From: Dehalococcoidia bacterium
GTDB lineage: Bacteria > Chloroflexota > Dehalococcoidia > Bin125
NCBI GenBank assembly: GCA_965207365.1
Contig: OZ242281.1
Span: forward strand, 2,367,218-2,431,217
DNA length: 64,000 bases
Direction: 5' to 3'
Every line of letters starts with the position of its first letter. The first letter of the stretch is position 1. This document shows positions 26,991 through 37,667 of the stretch, one piece after another. Position numbers and translations under genes: made by a program. Under the pieces are notes generated by a model, which was not told the DNA's origin, searched no databases, and saw nothing but the letters and a program-made list of their open reading frames with translations.

Positions 26991-28964
26991 ATGAGTATCG
27001 AGACACCAAATTGGGCTACGACGACGGCAGTGGACATCGAGCGGGGCGTCGATGATGCCATGCGGACCGTGGACCGCCTGGCCGATGAACTGGTCTCTGT
27101 CCCCGATGGTCAGCGCACCTTCGACAACACTGTGCTGCCGCTCGATGAGATTGGCAATGTGCTGAACCAGGCCTCGGGACGGTTCGGCTTTCTCTCTCGG
27201 GTCGCAGCCGACGATGACCTGCGGGCCGCCGCCCATCGGCACGAAGAGCGATTGAACGTCTTCGCTGCAGGGATCGGGTTTCGCGAGGACATCGATCGTG
27301 CGCTCAAGGCCTATGCGACGAGGGCCGAGCTGGAGGCGCTCCCCGATGACGCACGACGTCTGCTGGAGTTTGCGCTGCGCGACTATCGACGCAACGGACT
27401 CGAGCTGCCCAAGCAGACGCGCGACGAACTTAAGGGGTTGCAAGAGCGGCTTGTCGGCCTGGGCATTCAGTTTCGCAAGAACATCGATGACTATGAAGAC
27501 TTCGTCGAACTGAGCCGCGACGAACTCGACGGTTTGCCCGATGGATACATCGAGCGGTTGCGGACGGTCGAGGTCGATGGGGCGGTCCGTTACAAGGTCG
27601 GGCTGGATTATCCCGAGTTGCATCCCTTCCTGGACAGCGCCCACGACGCCGAACGACGGCGGGAGCTGTTTCATAAGAACCACAACAAGGCGTCCGATGC
27701 CAACATTGAGATTCTCGAGGAAGCACTCGGCGTTCGCGCCGACATGGCGCAACGACTGGGATTCGAGTCATGGGCTGCGTACGCGCTTGAAGTGAAGATG
27801 GCCAAGCAGACCCATGCCGTTCTCGACTTCCTCACCGACCTCGAAGAGCGGTTGCAACCGAAGCTGGCGGCCGACCTGGACAGACTCGCGCGGGAGCAGG
27901 AGCGGCGAACCGGCGAACAGGGGCCAGTAGATATCGCCGACTGGCGCTACTACACCAATCAGGTTGTCCAGGAGCAGTACCAGGTCGATCCGTTTGAGGT
28001 CGCCGCATACTTCCCGCTCGACGCCGTACTGGACGGGATGTTCAGGATCTACGAAGAGTTGGTGGGCGTCAGGTTTGTCGCACGTCCGGATGCAACGGAT
28101 GCTGCCTGGCACGGGGACGCGCAACCGTTTGACATCGTTGATCCGTCCTCCGGGGAAGCGCTGGCACGCTTCTACATGGACCTTTATCCGCGACCGGGGA
28201 AGTTTGGACATGCGGCGGCGTTCACGCTGCGCGGCGGTCGGCGGCTGTGTGATGAGTATCAGCGGCCGATATCCTCAATCGTGGCCAACTTCACCAAGCC
28301 GACCGAGACTTCTCCGTCGCTGTTGCGACACACGGAGGTGGTGACGCTCTTCCACGAGTTCGGACACATTCTGCACCAGACCTTGACGACCTCGCGATTC
28401 ACGCGTTTCAGCGGAACGCGTGTCGAGCGTGACTTTGTCGAGGCGCCGTCGCAGATGCTCGAGCACTGGTGTTGGCAGCCGGCGATGTTGGGCAGCTTCA
28501 GCCGACATTACGAATCGGGCGATCCGCTGCCGACCTCGCTGATTAATCGGATGATTGAGGCGAAACATACGTCATCCGCGATTGCCACACTGCGGCAGGT
28601 GTACTTCTCGCGGTTGGACTTGGCGTATCACTCGGAGTCGGGCAAGAGCACCGACGAGATTGCACGAGAGTTGCACCCGATCACCGGCTTCCCTTTCCCC
28701 GAGCACACGCATTTCCAGGCCGGCTTTGGACACCTCTTCGGATACGACGCCGGCTACTACGGCTACCTCTGGTCGCGTGTGTTCGGCGACGATATGTTTA
28801 CCCGATTCGAAGCGCCCGGCACGTCGGTCGCCTCTGTGGGCGCCGAGTATCGCCGAAGCATTCTCGAACCCGGCGGAACCGCAGACGCGGAGCATCTGAT
28901 TCAGCAGTTCCTCGGTCGGGAGCCAAACGCCGACGCATTCCTGCGCGAGCTGGGGTTGAGTTGA
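26991..28964 (+). CDS. M3-family zinc metallopeptidase (oligopeptidase A / thimet oligopeptidase-like)
   Basis: 657 aa. VVTLFHEFGHILH (HExxH) with downstream EAPSQMLE. Overall M3 layout. Confidence 0.9.
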   Translation: MSIETPNWATTTAVDIERGVDDAMRTVDRLADELVSVPDGQRTFDNTVLPLDEIGNVLNQASGRFGFLSRVAADDDLRAAAHRHEERLNVFAAGIGFREDIDRALKAYATRAELEALPDDARRLLEFALRDYRRNGLELPKQTRDELKGLQERLVGLGIQFRKNIDDYEDFVELSRDELDGLPDGYIERLRTVEVDGAVRYKVGLDYPELHPFLDSAHDAERRRELFHKNHNKASDANIEILEEALGVRADMAQRLGFESWAAYALEVKMAKQTHAVLDFLTDLEERLQPKLAADLDRLAREQERRTGEQGPVDIADWRYYTNQVVQEQYQVDPFEVAAYFPLDAVLDGMFRIYEELVGVRFVARPDATDAAWHGDAQPFDIVDPSSGEALARFYMDLYPRPGKFGHAAAFTLRGGRRLCDEYQRPISSIVANFTKPTETSPSLLRHTEVVTLFHEFGHILHQTLTTSRFTRFSGTRVERDFVEAPSQMLEHWCWQPAMLGSFSRHYESGDPLPTSLINRMIEAKHTSSAIATLRQVYFSRLDLAYHSESGKSTDEIARELHPITGFPFPEHTHFQAGFGHLFGYDAGYYGYLWSRVFGDDMFTRFEAPGTSVASVGAEYRRSILEPGGTADAEHLIQQFLGREPNADAFLRELGLS

Positions 28965-29039
28965 GTTGTCCTAACGGTTGTGCGGAAGGACGGTCACACG
29001 CCAACTTGAACGGATAGGATTGGAGCAGCGAGGTTCGCA

Positions 29040-29558
29040 ATGGTGCTTCGAAATGTCACTCAGGACAGCCAGACTTCCGACCGGACTATCGACCTCGGGG
29101 AGCTGATAGCTCGGCTGTCGTCGGAGTTTGAGGCTCAACCCATAGAAGATGGGCTGTCTCACCCTGCCGACTCGATTGTCGAGCATCATCTCGATCTCTT
29201 GGTCGAGACAACCCCGACAGATCTCCTTGTTGCTCTGGCAAAGTGTGAGCCGCTGTTGCCATCTTCGGTAGTTAAATCGCTGGGTCGCTGCGCCTATCCA
29301 TGGAAGTGCCGTTCTGGCAGCTTCCCAGATTCCGTCAACGAAGATGGGCGTCCCGTCATTGGTTCGGCCTCAATTTGGCGACACGAGCTTATCGACATCT
29401 CGCTCCGGACTGGCAACATCCTTCTGCGTGATGCAGCAGTGCAGGCTGTAGAGGATTGGGAAGATGCGTCCCTGTTGCCACTGTTGCAGGGTCACCAAGA
29501 ATCGGAGCCGTGGCTTCGTGGCTATATCTCCGACGTGATCTCCGATCTGTCTTCCTAA
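29040..29558 (+). CDS. Hypothetical protein, HEAT/PBS-lyase-repeat-like
   Basis: 172 aa. ILLRDAAVQAVEDWEDASLLPLLQGHQESEPWLRGYI resembles HEAT-like repeats. GC is lower than the flanks. Confidence 0.4.
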   Translation: MVLRNVTQDSQTSDRTIDLGELIARLSSEFEAQPIEDGLSHPADSIVEHHLDLLVETTPTDLLVALAKCEPLLPSSVVKSLGRCAYPWKCRSGSFPDSVNEDGRPVIGSASIWRHELIDISLRTGNILLRDAAVQAVEDWEDASLLPLLQGHQESEPWLRGYISDVISDLSS

Positions 29559-29560
29559 CA

Positions 29561-30076
29561 GTGGTCCTATCTCGCAAAGTCGCCCTGGCCAAGTGGGGAA
29601 GAATCGACGGACTCACTGACGATGAAGCTCTGCGTCTGGCGATCGACTCCGACCTGCGGATCGATGCAGGTCAACTTTCGCTCTGGCAGTGCGGCGCTGG
29701 TGGAGAACAGGAATGTCGAGAAGTGGCCTTGGCGCTTGCGGCCGCGATGCAACACTTCGGCGGAGTTCAGATAGTCCTACTTCAAGAGGATCGGCTGCAA
29801 CAGCTCGATATTGACTGGGAGCCAACAGCCGGACGGACGCCGGTCAAGGCACTGCAGGGCCTGCACGTCACCGCGAGGGTAGCCAACCAGAACATCAGGC
29901 AAGCATTGGCGCTTGAGATACGCCTAGCGGTCTCACAGGGCCACTTCCGCACCTACACCCGGTCGGCTGTGAAGTCGCTTCTCAACTCAGCGCTTTCCGA
30001 TGGAAGGTTCAGAGTCTCTGACCTTTCTGAATCTGTGCAGAGGAGAATCAGCAAGTCGACGCAGCAGGCGATCTGA
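29561..30076 (+). CDS. Hypothetical protein (helical repeat-like), probably co-transcribed with 29040-29558
   Basis: GTG start 3 nt after the upstream stop. The longer overlapping ORF from 29456 was rejected. Confidence 0.35.
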   Translation: MVLSRKVALAKWGRIDGLTDDEALRLAIDSDLRIDAGQLSLWQCGAGGEQECREVALALAAAMQHFGGVQIVLLQEDRLQQLDIDWEPTAGRTPVKALQGLHVTARVANQNIRQALALEIRLAVSQGHFRTYTRSAVKSLLNSALSDGRFRVSDLSESVQRRISKSTQQAI

Positions 30077-30209
30077 TAGTGCTGACAACGCGCCCGGCTG
30101 ATCGCTGTGTTCTTCAGAGCCTTGCGCCCTGCTTGTTCGATGCGACGTGGCAGCAGCAGGTACACTGCCGACGGAACTTCGACGCGGCTGATTGGCGAGG
30201 AGATTGACC

Positions 30210-31424
30210 ATGCCCACGATTGACACCATTGAGCTGGCGAAGACGCGCTTTGGCGAACTGCTTGAGGCTCAGCAGACGCGGGTGGATGGAATCAAGGCTG
30301 AAGGCGAACCGACCGATTTCACCGCGCTCGACCATATTGAGATCGGCGTGCTTGGCGGAGACGGCATTGGACCGTCGATTGCCCATGAATCACAGCGCGT
30401 GCTTGAGGCGCTGTTGGCTGACCAGGTTTCGTCGGGACGCGTCACGTTCCGCACCATTGATGGTCTCACGATTGAGCGTCGCGCCGACGAACTGGCGGCG
30501 ATTCCCGAGGGCGTGCTCAAGGAAATCCACGAGTGCGATGTCACCCTCAAGGGTCCGACCACGACTCCGGAGCAGGGCGACGGCTGGCCCAACATTGAGT
30601 CGGCCAACGTGGCGATGCGCAAGGTCCTGGATCTGTTCGCCAACGTGCGTCCGGTCCGCGTCCCTGCCGAAGGGATCGACTGGACCTTCTTCCGCGAGAA
30701 CACCGAAGACCTGTATGCCGTCGGATCCGAGGGATTCTCGATTGGCGACCTGAACATCGACTTCAAGATTCTCTCGAATCCCGGATCCGAGCGGATCATT
30801 CGCGCCGCGTTCGACTATGCCCAGGCCAATGGCAAGAACTCCGTCACGATCGTCACCAAGGCGAATGTGATCAAGACCACCGACGGCGCCTTCCTCGACG
30901 CCGCGAGGAAGGTCGGCGAGGACTACCCAGGGATCGAATGGGAAGGGTGGTACATCGACATCATGACCGCCAAGCTCGTCGACCCGAAGCGCCGCTCCAA
31001 CTTCCAGGTCTTTGCCCTGCCTAACCTCTATGGCGACATCCTGACGGATGAAGCGGCCGAGTTCCAGGGCGGCGTCGGCACGGCCGGCGCGGCCAACATT
31101 GGCACAAAGACCGCGATGTTCGAGGCAATTCACGGCTCGGCGCCGCGCATGGTGCGTGAAGGCCGCGACATCTACGCCGACCCGTCCTCGATGCTGCGCG
31201 CCGGAGCGATGCTGCTCTCCCACATTGGCTTCCCCGAGCTGGGTGGCAAGCTCGACAAGGCCATGGACCTTTGCGGCCAGTACGAGAAGGAACTCGTGAT
31301 GACCGGCCGCGACAGCGGCGCGACAACTGCCGCATTCGGCGACTACGTGCTGGGAACGGTCAACGATTCGTCTCTCGACGATCGCTGGACGGCGGCGATT
31401 GAGGCCGTCCGCGCCGGCGCGTAG
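30210..31424 (+). CDS. Isocitrate/isopropylmalate dehydrogenase-family protein (probably NADP-isocitrate dehydrogenase-like)
   Basis: NLYGDILTDEAAEFQGGVGTAGAANIG and IGVLGGDGIGPSI are the family signatures. Start at MPTIDT after GAGGAG. Confidence 0.82.
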   Translation: MPTIDTIELAKTRFGELLEAQQTRVDGIKAEGEPTDFTALDHIEIGVLGGDGIGPSIAHESQRVLEALLADQVSSGRVTFRTIDGLTIERRADELAAIPEGVLKEIHECDVTLKGPTTTPEQGDGWPNIESANVAMRKVLDLFANVRPVRVPAEGIDWTFFRENTEDLYAVGSEGFSIGDLNIDFKILSNPGSERIIRAAFDYAQANGKNSVTIVTKANVIKTTDGAFLDAARKVGEDYPGIEWEGWYIDIMTAKLVDPKRRSNFQVFALPNLYGDILTDEAAEFQGGVGTAGAANIGTKTAMFEAIHGSAPRMVREGRDIYADPSSMLRAGAMLLSHIGFPELGGKLDKAMDLCGQYEKELVMTGRDSGATTAAFGDYVLGTVNDSSLDDRWTAAIEAVRAGA

Positions 31425-31453
31425 TGTCGGCGTAACAGATCACAGGTCTACCT

Positions 31454-32080
31454 ATGGCTGACTCAGTTCGAGTCGAGCGAGCCCGTGCGGAGCGTGCCGA
31501 GGCTGGTCGCAAGACGGCAGTCGCCCGGGCGGATGCACTCGAGGATCGCGCAAAGAAGTCCGAGAAGCAGGCCCGCGACCTGCGTGGCCATCTCGACATG
31601 CTTGCCGGCCGGTTGTCGAAGGCGGGCGAGGAAGTTGAGCCGCTGCGCAATGAGCTGCGCGAGGCAAAGACGGAGTTAGAGTCGCTGCGCACGCAGGCCG
31701 CGGCTGCGACTGAGTCCGCGGAGGCGGCGCAGGCAGAGCTTGCCGGACTGAAGCAACGAGCGGAAGCAGCGGAGCAGGAGCTCGGTCGACTGCGCGCGGA
31801 CCATCAGGCCCTAACGGAGAAGTCGACCTTCTACGAGCAGGCAGCGAAGGAGTCAGCCTCCTCGTTGTCGGCAGCATCGGCGGCGCAAGTGGCGGCGGAA
31901 AGCAAGGCGACAGAGTTGCAGTCCACCCTCGATGAACGGCACGAGGAATTCCGGCAAGAGCGGAATCGCCTGAGCCGCGAGAATGAGCGACTGCAAAAGC
32001 AGGTGGAGCAGCTTGAGGCGCAGATAGAGGAGTCCAGCCGCGGTCTCGGTGGGGCGCTACGGCGCCGGTTCGGTGGATAG
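31454..32080 (+). CDS. Coiled-coil protein (hypothetical)
   Basis: 208 aa with a heptad-rich, Ala/Glu/Arg/Leu-rich composition (ELESLRTQAAAATESAEAAQAELAGLKQRAEAAEQELGRLRAD). Confidence 0.45.
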   Translation: MADSVRVERARAERAEAGRKTAVARADALEDRAKKSEKQARDLRGHLDMLAGRLSKAGEEVEPLRNELREAKTELESLRTQAAAATESAEAAQAELAGLKQRAEAAEQELGRLRADHQALTEKSTFYEQAAKESASSLSAASAAQVAAESKATELQSTLDERHEEFRQERNRLSRENERLQKQVEQLEAQIEESSRGLGGALRRRFGG

Positions 32081-32099
32081 GAATCGCTCAGTTTAAGCG

Positions 32100-32540
32100 G
32101 CTGTTTCGACCTTCCCATATCCCCTCTCCCCCCCTTGCGGGGGGAGATGTCACGGAGTGACAGAGGGGGGTCGGCTGACAATGACCTGATATGGATCCCG
32201 AGCTGCGGACCCCCTCCGCCCCGCATCCCCTGGTCAAGCCAGGGGCAGGCAAGTGCGTGGCAGGCTTTCGGCATCTCCCCCGCAAGGAGACTGATGCACA
32301 ACCTCTCAACCGCCCCCGCCTCCGAGCGGGGGCCTGTTCCTTCCCCGGCTTCTGCTCGGCGGTCATGCTTGTCGCTCGTATCTGTTCAACAGGAACTGAT
32401 CCGTGCTGCCACGGCCAGCTCAAAGCGGGTCCCCGCTCGGGGGCGGGGACGGGAAACTCAGTCATGCATCAGTCTCGCAAGGGGGGAGAAAGCGAGTATC
32501 TCAATACCCTCTGCTTGCCGCGGGAATGACGGAGTTGGTT
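32100..32540. repeat. Repeat-dense 500-bp leader upstream of metH: family-D hairpin (32121-32170), several G/C hairpins, and a B-type REP (32505-32530)
   Basis: CCCCTCTCCCCCCCTTGCGGGGGGAGATGTCACGGAGTGACAGAGGGGGG; GCCCCCGCCTCCGAGCGGGGGC; GGGTCCCCGCTCGGGGGCGGGGACGGG; CTTGCCGCGGGAATGACGGAG. Confidence 0.7.
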
Positions 32541-32607
32541 TGTCGGCGGGACCTTGATGTGTTAGCGGGATACTGCCGATCCTTGGCTTGATGGCTACGA
32601 TCAATAG

Positions 32608-35600
32608 ATGCAACGCCCTGACTTTCGCGCTGCCGCGGCTGAACGTGTCATTGTGCTCGATGGTGCGACTGGTACTGGCCTGCAACTTCTGGACCTGTCG
32701 TTGTCCGACTTCGACGGTCTCGAAGGCTGCAATGAGATTCTGAATATCTCGCGACCTGACGCTGTGGCCTCGCTGCATGAGTCGTATCTCGAAGCCGGCG
32801 CCGACGCCGTTCTGACCAACACCTTCGGTGGTTCTGTGGTCACATTGGGCGAGTACGACCTGTCCGAGCGGACTCGCGAGATCAACCGTGAATCGGCGCG
32901 AATTGCTCGGAGCGTGGCCGACCGATTCTCGACCCCCGAACAACCACGCTATGCACTGGGCTCGTTGGGGCCCGGGACCAAGCTGCCAACGCTAGGGCAC
33001 ATCGGCTTCGATGAGATCCATGCGGCCTACCTCGAGCAGGCGCGCGGGTTGCTCGAAGGCGGCGTCGATGCGCTGCTGGTCGAGACCGTGTATGACCTCC
33101 TGCAGGGCAAGGCCGCGATCCTGGCCTGCAAAGACGCGCTGGCAGAGTTCAAGAGCTCCACGCCGTTGTTTGCCACGGTGACGATTGAGACCACTGGACA
33201 GATGCTGGTCGGCAGCGAGATTGGCGCGGCGCTCACGGCGCTCGCGCCGCTGGGTTTGGATGGCGTCGGGCTGAACTGTGCGACCGGTCCCGACCTGATG
33301 CACGAGCCACTGCGACATCTGTCAGCTCATGCCGAGACGACGCTGCTCTGTTCACCCAACGCAGGTCTGCCTCGGACTGAAGACGGCCAGATGATCTACG
33401 ACCTGACCCCGGCGGCGTTGGCTGAGGCGCATCGGACATTTGTTAGTGAATACGGCGTGGGGATCGTCGGTGGTTGCTGTGGCACGACGCCCGAGCACGT
33501 CCGTGCGATGCGGGAGGCGATGGATGGTCTGACGCCCGCGGAACGACAACCGGAGCCGGAACCTGGCGCCGCCTCGTTGTTTGTCTCGACGCCGTATCGC
33601 CAGGACGCCTCGTTCCTGATCGTCGGAGAGCGGGCCAATGCCAACGGATCGCGACGGTTCAAGCGATTGCTGCAGAACGAGGAATGGGAGCAGATGGCGA
33701 ATGTCATCCGCGACCAGGCTGCTGAGGGCGCGCATGTCGCCGATGTCTGCGTTGACTTCGTCGGTCGCGACGGCACGCCGGACATGGCCGAGCTGGTCTC
33801 GCGAGCGCGGGGGCTGTCGACACTGCCACTGATGCTTGACTCCACTGAGCCGCAGGTGCTCGAAGCTGGACTAAAGCAGCTGGGCGGCAAGGCGCTCGTC
33901 AATTCGATCAATCTCGAGGACGGCGGCAAGCGCCTCGACCAGACGCTTTCCTCTGCGATTCGCTTTGGCGCTGGTGTCGTGGCGCTAGTGATCGATGAAG
34001 AGGGACAGGCGAGAACCTGTGATCGCAAGCTGGAGATCGCGCGTCGCCTGTACAAGATTGCGACCGAGGACTACGGACTCGCGCCTGAGGACCTGTTCTT
34101 CGATGCGCTCACGTTGCCCGTCAGCACGGGCCAGGAGGATCTGCGCAAGGACGGACTGGAGACGCTGAACGCGGTCGAGGCGATCTCTCGCGAGTTCCCG
34201 CGAGCCCAGACGATTCTGGGAATCTCCAATATCTCCTTCGGTCTCAATCCTGCCGCGCGACAGGTGTTGAACTCGGTGTTCCTGCACGACGCCGTCGAGC
34301 GCGGGCTGAAAGCAGCAATTGTCCACGCAGCGCAGATTTTGCCGATCAATCGGATCCCGGACGAGCAACTCGACGCCGCACGGCGATTGATCTTCGATGA
34401 GTGGATTCCAAGCGCTGACGGTCTCGTCGATCCGTTGCAGGCGTTTATGGCTCTGTTTGAAGACCAGAAGGCGGCGACGCAGGAGCGTGAGAGTCTCTCG
34501 GACCTGCCGCTGGAAGAGCGTTTGCACCGGCGCATCGTTGACGGTCAGCGAGAAGGACTGGAAGACGATCTCGACGACGCGCTGCGCAAGCGTGAAGCCA
34601 TACCGATCATCAACGAACTGCTGCTACCGGCGATGCAAGAGGTCGGCGACCTGTTCGGCGCCGGCGACATGCAGTTGCCATTTGTGTTGCAATCGGCCGA
34701 GACGATGAAACGAGCCGTCGCCCATCTCGAGCCTCACATGGACAAGCTGGAATCGACCAGTAAAGGCTCGATCGTGCTGGCCACGGTGCGCGGCGATGTC
34801 CACGACATCGGCAAGAACCTGGTCGAGATCATTCTGTCCAACAACGGATTCACGACGATCAACCTGGGTATCAAACAGCCGATCTCGAACATCATTGAGG
34901 CGGCGATCGAACATAATGCGGACGCCATTGGTCTGTCAGGGCTGCTGGTCAAATCGACGTTGGTGATGAAGGAAGACCTGGAAGAACTGAACCGTCGAGA
35001 ACTCTCAGATCGTTGGCCAGTCCTGTTGGGCGGCGCGGCGCTGACACGCAAGTACGTCGAATGGGACTTGCGCAATACGTTCCACGGCGATGTCTTCTAC
35101 GGCTCTGACGCTTTCGACGGCCTGCGCATCATGAACGCGCTGAGCGACGGCATCGAACTCGAGGCTCAGCCGGTTGAGCCGGTTGCTACCCCTGCGGCTA
35201 GCGGTTCAGCTCCGACCGCAACCGCCGTGCGATCGACGCTTGCGCCGGCCCAGACGGTTCCCGTCGCTCCATTCGTTGGGACAAGGGTCATCCGTGGACT
35301 TCCGCTGACCGATGTCTTTCCCTATCTCAATCGAACGGCGCTGCTGCGCGGCCAATGGGGATTCAAAGGTCGTGATGTCGAAACAGCGACGAGAGCGGAA
35401 CTCGCGCTCTCCGAGATTCAGCAACAGGCGTTGCGCGACGGGATCCTCGAGCCCGCAGTGGTCTATGGATACTTCCCGTCTCAGTCCGACGGTGACGACC
35501 TGATCGTCTACGAGGCTGAGGACGCACGCGCCGAAGCGGTTCGCTTCAGCTTCCCGAGACAACAGGGCAAGCAGGGTCGCTGCCTGGCTGACTACTTCCG

Positions 35601-36030
35601 CTCCGTCGACTCCGGCGAAGTGGATGTGATTGGTTTCCATGTGGTCACGATGGGCCCTCGAGTCGGCGCATATGCGCAGGAGCTGTACGCCGACGACCGT
35701 TACCAGGACTATCTCTACTGGCACGGATTCGGAGTCGAGATCGCCGAGGCGCTAGCCGAGTACTGGCACCGGCGGATCCGCCAGGAGCTGAAGATTGACG
35801 GTTCGGACGGCGCGACGCCCGAGGAGCTGATCAAGACCAACTACCAGGGCGCGCGGTACTCATTTGGTTATCCCGCCTGCCCCAACCTTGAGGACCAGGC
35901 CTTGCTCTGGCAACTGCTCGATCCGGAACGGATTGGCGTCCGGCTGAGCGAGGAGTTTCAGATGCATCCGGAGCAGTCGACGTCGGCGCTGATTGTGCAT
36001 CATCCTGAAGCGAGATATTTCAGTATCTAG
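32608..36030 (+). CDS. metH: Cobalamin-dependent methionine synthase
   Basis: 1140 aa. It has the Hcy-binding, pterin-binding, B12-binding (VRGDVHDIGKN) and AdoMet-activation domains. Confidence 0.96.
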   Translation: MQRPDFRAAAAERVIVLDGATGTGLQLLDLSLSDFDGLEGCNEILNISRPDAVASLHESYLEAGADAVLTNTFGGSVVTLGEYDLSERTREINRESARIARSVADRFSTPEQPRYALGSLGPGTKLPTLGHIGFDEIHAAYLEQARGLLEGGVDALLVETVYDLLQGKAAILACKDALAEFKSSTPLFATVTIETTGQMLVGSEIGAALTALAPLGLDGVGLNCATGPDLMHEPLRHLSAHAETTLLCSPNAGLPRTEDGQMIYDLTPAALAEAHRTFVSEYGVGIVGGCCGTTPEHVRAMREAMDGLTPAERQPEPEPGAASLFVSTPYRQDASFLIVGERANANGSRRFKRLLQNEEWEQMANVIRDQAAEGAHVADVCVDFVGRDGTPDMAELVSRARGLSTLPLMLDSTEPQVLEAGLKQLGGKALVNSINLEDGGKRLDQTLSSAIRFGAGVVALVIDEEGQARTCDRKLEIARRLYKIATEDYGLAPEDLFFDALTLPVSTGQEDLRKDGLETLNAVEAISREFPRAQTILGISNISFGLNPAARQVLNSVFLHDAVERGLKAAIVHAAQILPINRIPDEQLDAARRLIFDEWIPSADGLVDPLQAFMALFEDQKAATQERESLSDLPLEERLHRRIVDGQREGLEDDLDDALRKREAIPIINELLLPAMQEVGDLFGAGDMQLPFVLQSAETMKRAVAHLEPHMDKLESTSKGSIVLATVRGDVHDIGKNLVEIILSNNGFTTINLGIKQPISNIIEAAIEHNADAIGLSGLLVKSTLVMKEDLEELNRRELSDRWPVLLGGAALTRKYVEWDLRNTFHGDVFYGSDAFDGLRIMNALSDGIELEAQPVEPVATPAASGSAPTATAVRSTLAPAQTVPVAPFVGTRVIRGLPLTDVFPYLNRTALLRGQWGFKGRDVETATRAELALSEIQQQALRDGILEPAVVYGYFPSQSDGDDLIVYEAEDARAEAVRFSFPRQQGKQGRCLADYFRSVDSGEVDVIGFHVVTMGPRVGAYAQELYADDRYQDYLYWHGFGVEIAEALAEYWHRRIRQELKIDGSDGATPEELIKTNYQGARYSFGYPACPNLEDQALLWQLLDPERIGVRLSEEFQMHPEQSTSALIVHHPEARYFSI

Positions 36031-36105
36031 GCCGTGGGCGCGATAGGATGCGTTCGGTTGAACTCGACATGAGAGAGGGCTCGAGGCTGATGACGCAGGC
36101 GCCGC

Positions 36106-37458
36106 ATGGCTGACCTCTTTCGACCGCGTTGGCGCGAGGGCAACGACCCGTTTCGCCGGCTGGTCGTCCAGACCACGATGCGTTTCATGGAGGTCGAAGC
36201 CGCCGGCGGCATCGTGCTGGTCTTCGCCGCCGCCGTGGCGTTGATCTGGGCCAACGTCGACTACAGCTCCTACGGGGACTTCTGGCACGCGCACATCAAG
36301 TTGGACCTGGCGATCTGGTCCTTCGACCAGTCGCTGCAACACGTCATCAACGACGTCTTGATGGTCGTCTTCTTCCTCGTCGTTGGCGCGGAGATTAAGC
36401 GCGAGGTGACTCACGGCGAGCTGCGCAGTCCTCGCCAGGCCGCACTGCCGATCTTCGCCGCATTGGGCGGCATGCTGATTCCGGCCGGTCTCTACGCCAT
36501 TCTCAACACCGGCGGCGAAGGCTCCTCCGGTTGGGGCATTCCCGTCGCCACCGACATCGCCTTTGCGCTAGGCGTCCTGGCGCTGGTCGGACGCGGCGTG
36601 CCGATCCAACTAAAGGTGTTCCTGCTCACCCTGGCGGTCGCCGACGATGTCGGCGGCATTCTGATTATTGCGATCTTTTACTCCGAGTCGATCCAGTTCG
36701 AATGGCTGCTGGGCATGGTGGGGGCGGTGGCCTTCCTGTTGCTGCTCAAACAGTATGGATTCCGTCACTTCGGGATTCACCTGATTGGCGGCGTGTTTCT
36801 CTGGCTCACGCTCTGGGAAGCAGGAGTCCACGCGACGCTGGCCGGTGTCATTCTTGGCCTGATCGTGCCAGCCGACGCGCTCTATGGGGACGAGGGGGTC
36901 TCGCGCAGGATCGACTATCTTCTGCAACGCTTGCGCTATGTCCAGGAGGATCCTGACGAGGCGGTGCGCGAGCATGACTCACACGAAGCGCTGCGCAATA
37001 TCGAACATGTCGCGCGGGAGGGTCTCAGTCCGCTGGAACGCCTGGAGGAAGGCATAGCGCCGATTTCGGCGTTCGTTGTCGTCCCCATTTTCGCGTTGGC
37101 CAATGCTGGAATCCATATCACCGGCGAGAGCATCGAAGCAGCGCTCAGTTCCAACATCGCCTGGGGCATTTTCCTGGGCCTGTTGCTGGGCAAGTTCGTT
37201 GGGATTCTCGGCGCCTCGGCCATCGCGATCAGGCTGGGCATCGCGTTCAAACCCGAACAACTGCGTTGGCCGCACCTGGCCGGCGCATCGCTGCTGGCTG
37301 GCATCGGTTTTACCGTGGCGATTTTCATTGCCAATCTCAGCTTCGACGCCGAGCAGACCGAACTGCTTGAAGCCGCGAAGATCGGCATCTTCGCGGCGTC
37401 AATTGTGGCGGCGGTGCTAGGCTACGCAATCCTGCGTGGCGTCAAGCCTCGCTTTTGA
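36106..37458 (+). CDS. nhaA: Na+/H+ antiporter NhaA
   Basis: 450 aa. EAAGGIVLVFAAAVALIWAN, FFLVVGAEIKRE and LAVADDVGGILIIAIFY are NhaA signatures. Confidence 0.9.
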   Translation: MADLFRPRWREGNDPFRRLVVQTTMRFMEVEAAGGIVLVFAAAVALIWANVDYSSYGDFWHAHIKLDLAIWSFDQSLQHVINDVLMVVFFLVVGAEIKREVTHGELRSPRQAALPIFAALGGMLIPAGLYAILNTGGEGSSGWGIPVATDIAFALGVLALVGRGVPIQLKVFLLTLAVADDVGGILIIAIFYSESIQFEWLLGMVGAVAFLLLLKQYGFRHFGIHLIGGVFLWLTLWEAGVHATLAGVILGLIVPADALYGDEGVSRRIDYLLQRLRYVQEDPDEAVREHDSHEALRNIEHVAREGLSPLERLEEGIAPISAFVVVPIFALANAGIHITGESIEAALSSNIAWGIFLGLLLGKFVGILGASAIAIRLGIAFKPEQLRWPHLAGASLLAGIGFTVAIFIANLSFDAEQTELLEAAKIGIFAASIVAAVLGYAILRGVKPRF

Positions 37459-37667
37459 TCCGCGAACCGGCCAGTCTGAGACGGGCCCACGGACGAAGGA
37501 TGAGGAATCGCTGCTCGGGGTCGAGAGCGGAGCTGCCGATCAGTAGTGCGCTACACTTTCGACGGCAGAATGCCTGAAGCGCTGTTGTGCGCGTCAGCAT
37601 CGTCGCCCTGAACGACGGAAATGAGAAAGAGCGCCAGAGAGCGCCAATCCAAGAGGAGGCGGAATTC

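Noticed and set aside
30390-31223. 277-aa minus-strand ORF
   Set aside because: It is antisense to the IDH-family gene.
37587-37667. N-terminal extension of the CoxM-like ORF (MRVSIVALNDGNEKERQR...)
   Set aside because: The GTG at 37668 is preceded by AGGAGG and gives the canonical ~289-aa length. The extension has no homologous counterpart.
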